Shown here: positions 62,934 through 64,000 of the stretch, piece after piece
How positions within the stretch are numbered: position 1 is the stretch's first letter
How the letters are laid out: each line of letters begins with the position of its first letter
NCBI GenBank assembly: GCA_013115145.1
Contig: JAAPAO010000117.1
Coordinates: 7,587 to 71,586, forward strand
Reading direction: 5' to 3'
DNA length: 64,000 nucleotides
Source of the DNA: Perkinsus chesapeaki ATCC PRA-425
Lineage: Eukaryota > Protista > Perkinsozoa
Translations under genes and position numbers: made by a program
The notes under the pieces: generated by a model
What the model was told of the DNA's origin: nothing
What the model saw: only the letters and a program-made list of their open reading frames with translations
Database searches by the model: none

Positions 62934-64000
62934 TCAGTAAACTCTGCCATGCTCAGACTTCCACGATAAGGCCTTCTCAAACCCATTCTGCCCACGACGA
63001 TAGTCATCGAATGCTTGCATGATCTCGGCTTCATGGTTCATCACAAACGGTCCATGTTGCACAACCTGAAACTGCTGTGGCACGACCGAACCCAGAAGAC
63101 CCATTCTTACTGGTTCATTGATGGGCTCTCCGGAAATGGCTAGGAATTCGAACCCCGTTTTGGGGCCGGCTTCGACGTGGACCATTTCACCATCATTGGA
63201 GAAGGTTACTGTTGTGTGAGCGTTAACGTGCTCCTTAAATGAGGGACCCGATACGACAGCAAGCCATCAGGAGTAACTCACTTCATTCCTTCCGACTTTT
63301 CCTTTGCCTTTAAGAGTATATATGAAAGTGTTAAAGTGGGATGGTATAGGACCATGGTCCACAACGGCACCTGGCTGTAATATGAAGTGAGAATAATGAA
63401 TAGGTGTATGAGTATATCTAATAACATTTCCAATTGAGCAAAGCAGAATGACTTATGGCTTACATCGGGCTCTTCACCCCCATTGCTTCACCAGCGATAA
63501 CAATAGCCTTCACGCCATCTCTCTCAACAGTAGTAAGCTCCCCTCGGGGTAGCTCTTGATAGCGAGGTTCTGTCATCTTGTCAGCCTTGCGAAGATTAAT
63601 CCACAGCTGTGTGCCATGAGTAAGGCTTTTGCTGGTCTGAATAACGGACAATTCCGAGGGGAGTCCCTCAAAACTCACAGGCATTTCAGAGTGGATAACG
63701 CCTCGACCAGCTGTCATCCACTGGAGGTCTCCCGGCCCGATAACGCCTTTGTTGCCTTTGAAATCTTCATGCTGCATCGAACCAATGCTGTCCGGTAGCA
63801 TGTAAGTAACGGTTTCGAAGCCACGGTGAGGGTGATCTGGGAAACCCGCCAATCCTTCAGATTTGAACTCGTCCAGCATGAGGAACGGATCGAAGTTCTA
63901 CGGAACACATTAAACCGATAAAACAGAGCAGAGATGTTTTCACCTTGAGCTCGGGCCTGCCGATGCTGCGACGTACTCTAGCTCCGGCACCCTCGGGTTG
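62934..64000 (-). CDS. PIR: Pirin (bicupin Fe-binding protein); 5' end lies beyond the window
   Basis: QPEGAGARVRRSIG, FDPFLMLDEF, GFPDHPHRGFETVTYM, GDLQWMTAGRGVIHSEMP, QLWINL and VVQHGPFVMN. Confidence 0.96.

Noticed and set aside
1-64000. CRISPR arrays, rRNA or tRNA genes
   Set aside because: No repeat-spacer arrays, rRNA-like segments or convincing cloverleaf/T-loop signatures seen by eye; tRNAscan-SE and Infernal were not run.

Overview
Eukaryotic genomic DNA, gene-dense, with very short (about 40-60 nt) GT-AG introns and intronic trinucleotide microsatellites. The style best fits a perkinsid alveolate (Perkinsus-like); this is an inference. CDS coordinates are hand-spliced gene spans and some exon borders are approximate. 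Bases 1-47,200 hold mostly housekeeping genes: a repeat-rich membrane protein, TrpRS with a degenerate AlaX-like domain, an F-box/LRR-like protein, a ligase-less Trl1-type kinase-CPDase, Ku80, PAN2, a twin-CX9C protein, succinyl-CoA ligase beta, two acyl-CoA dehydrogenases, a Sec7-PH-TBC protein, a GT47 glycosyltransferase, a rhodanese and spermidine synthase. Bases 47,200-64,000 are accessory DNA: four copies of a small secreted protein (two disrupted), a pirin gene plus a pirin remnant, and an intact 5.5-kb LTR retrotransposon with identical LTRs. The strongest candidate for an undescribed system is a minus-strand gene at about 29,949-36,180. Spliced by hand, it fuses a Pol-beta-type nucleotidyltransferase with intact catalytic motifs, a CK1-like pseudokinase, ankyrin repeats and two C-terminal transmembrane helices. 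This echoes OAS/RNase L and CBASS second-messenger logic in one chain. Other notable items are a 43-nt palindromic intron, a TBC domain lacking both catalytic fingers, and a PAN2 with a prion-like N-terminal extension.
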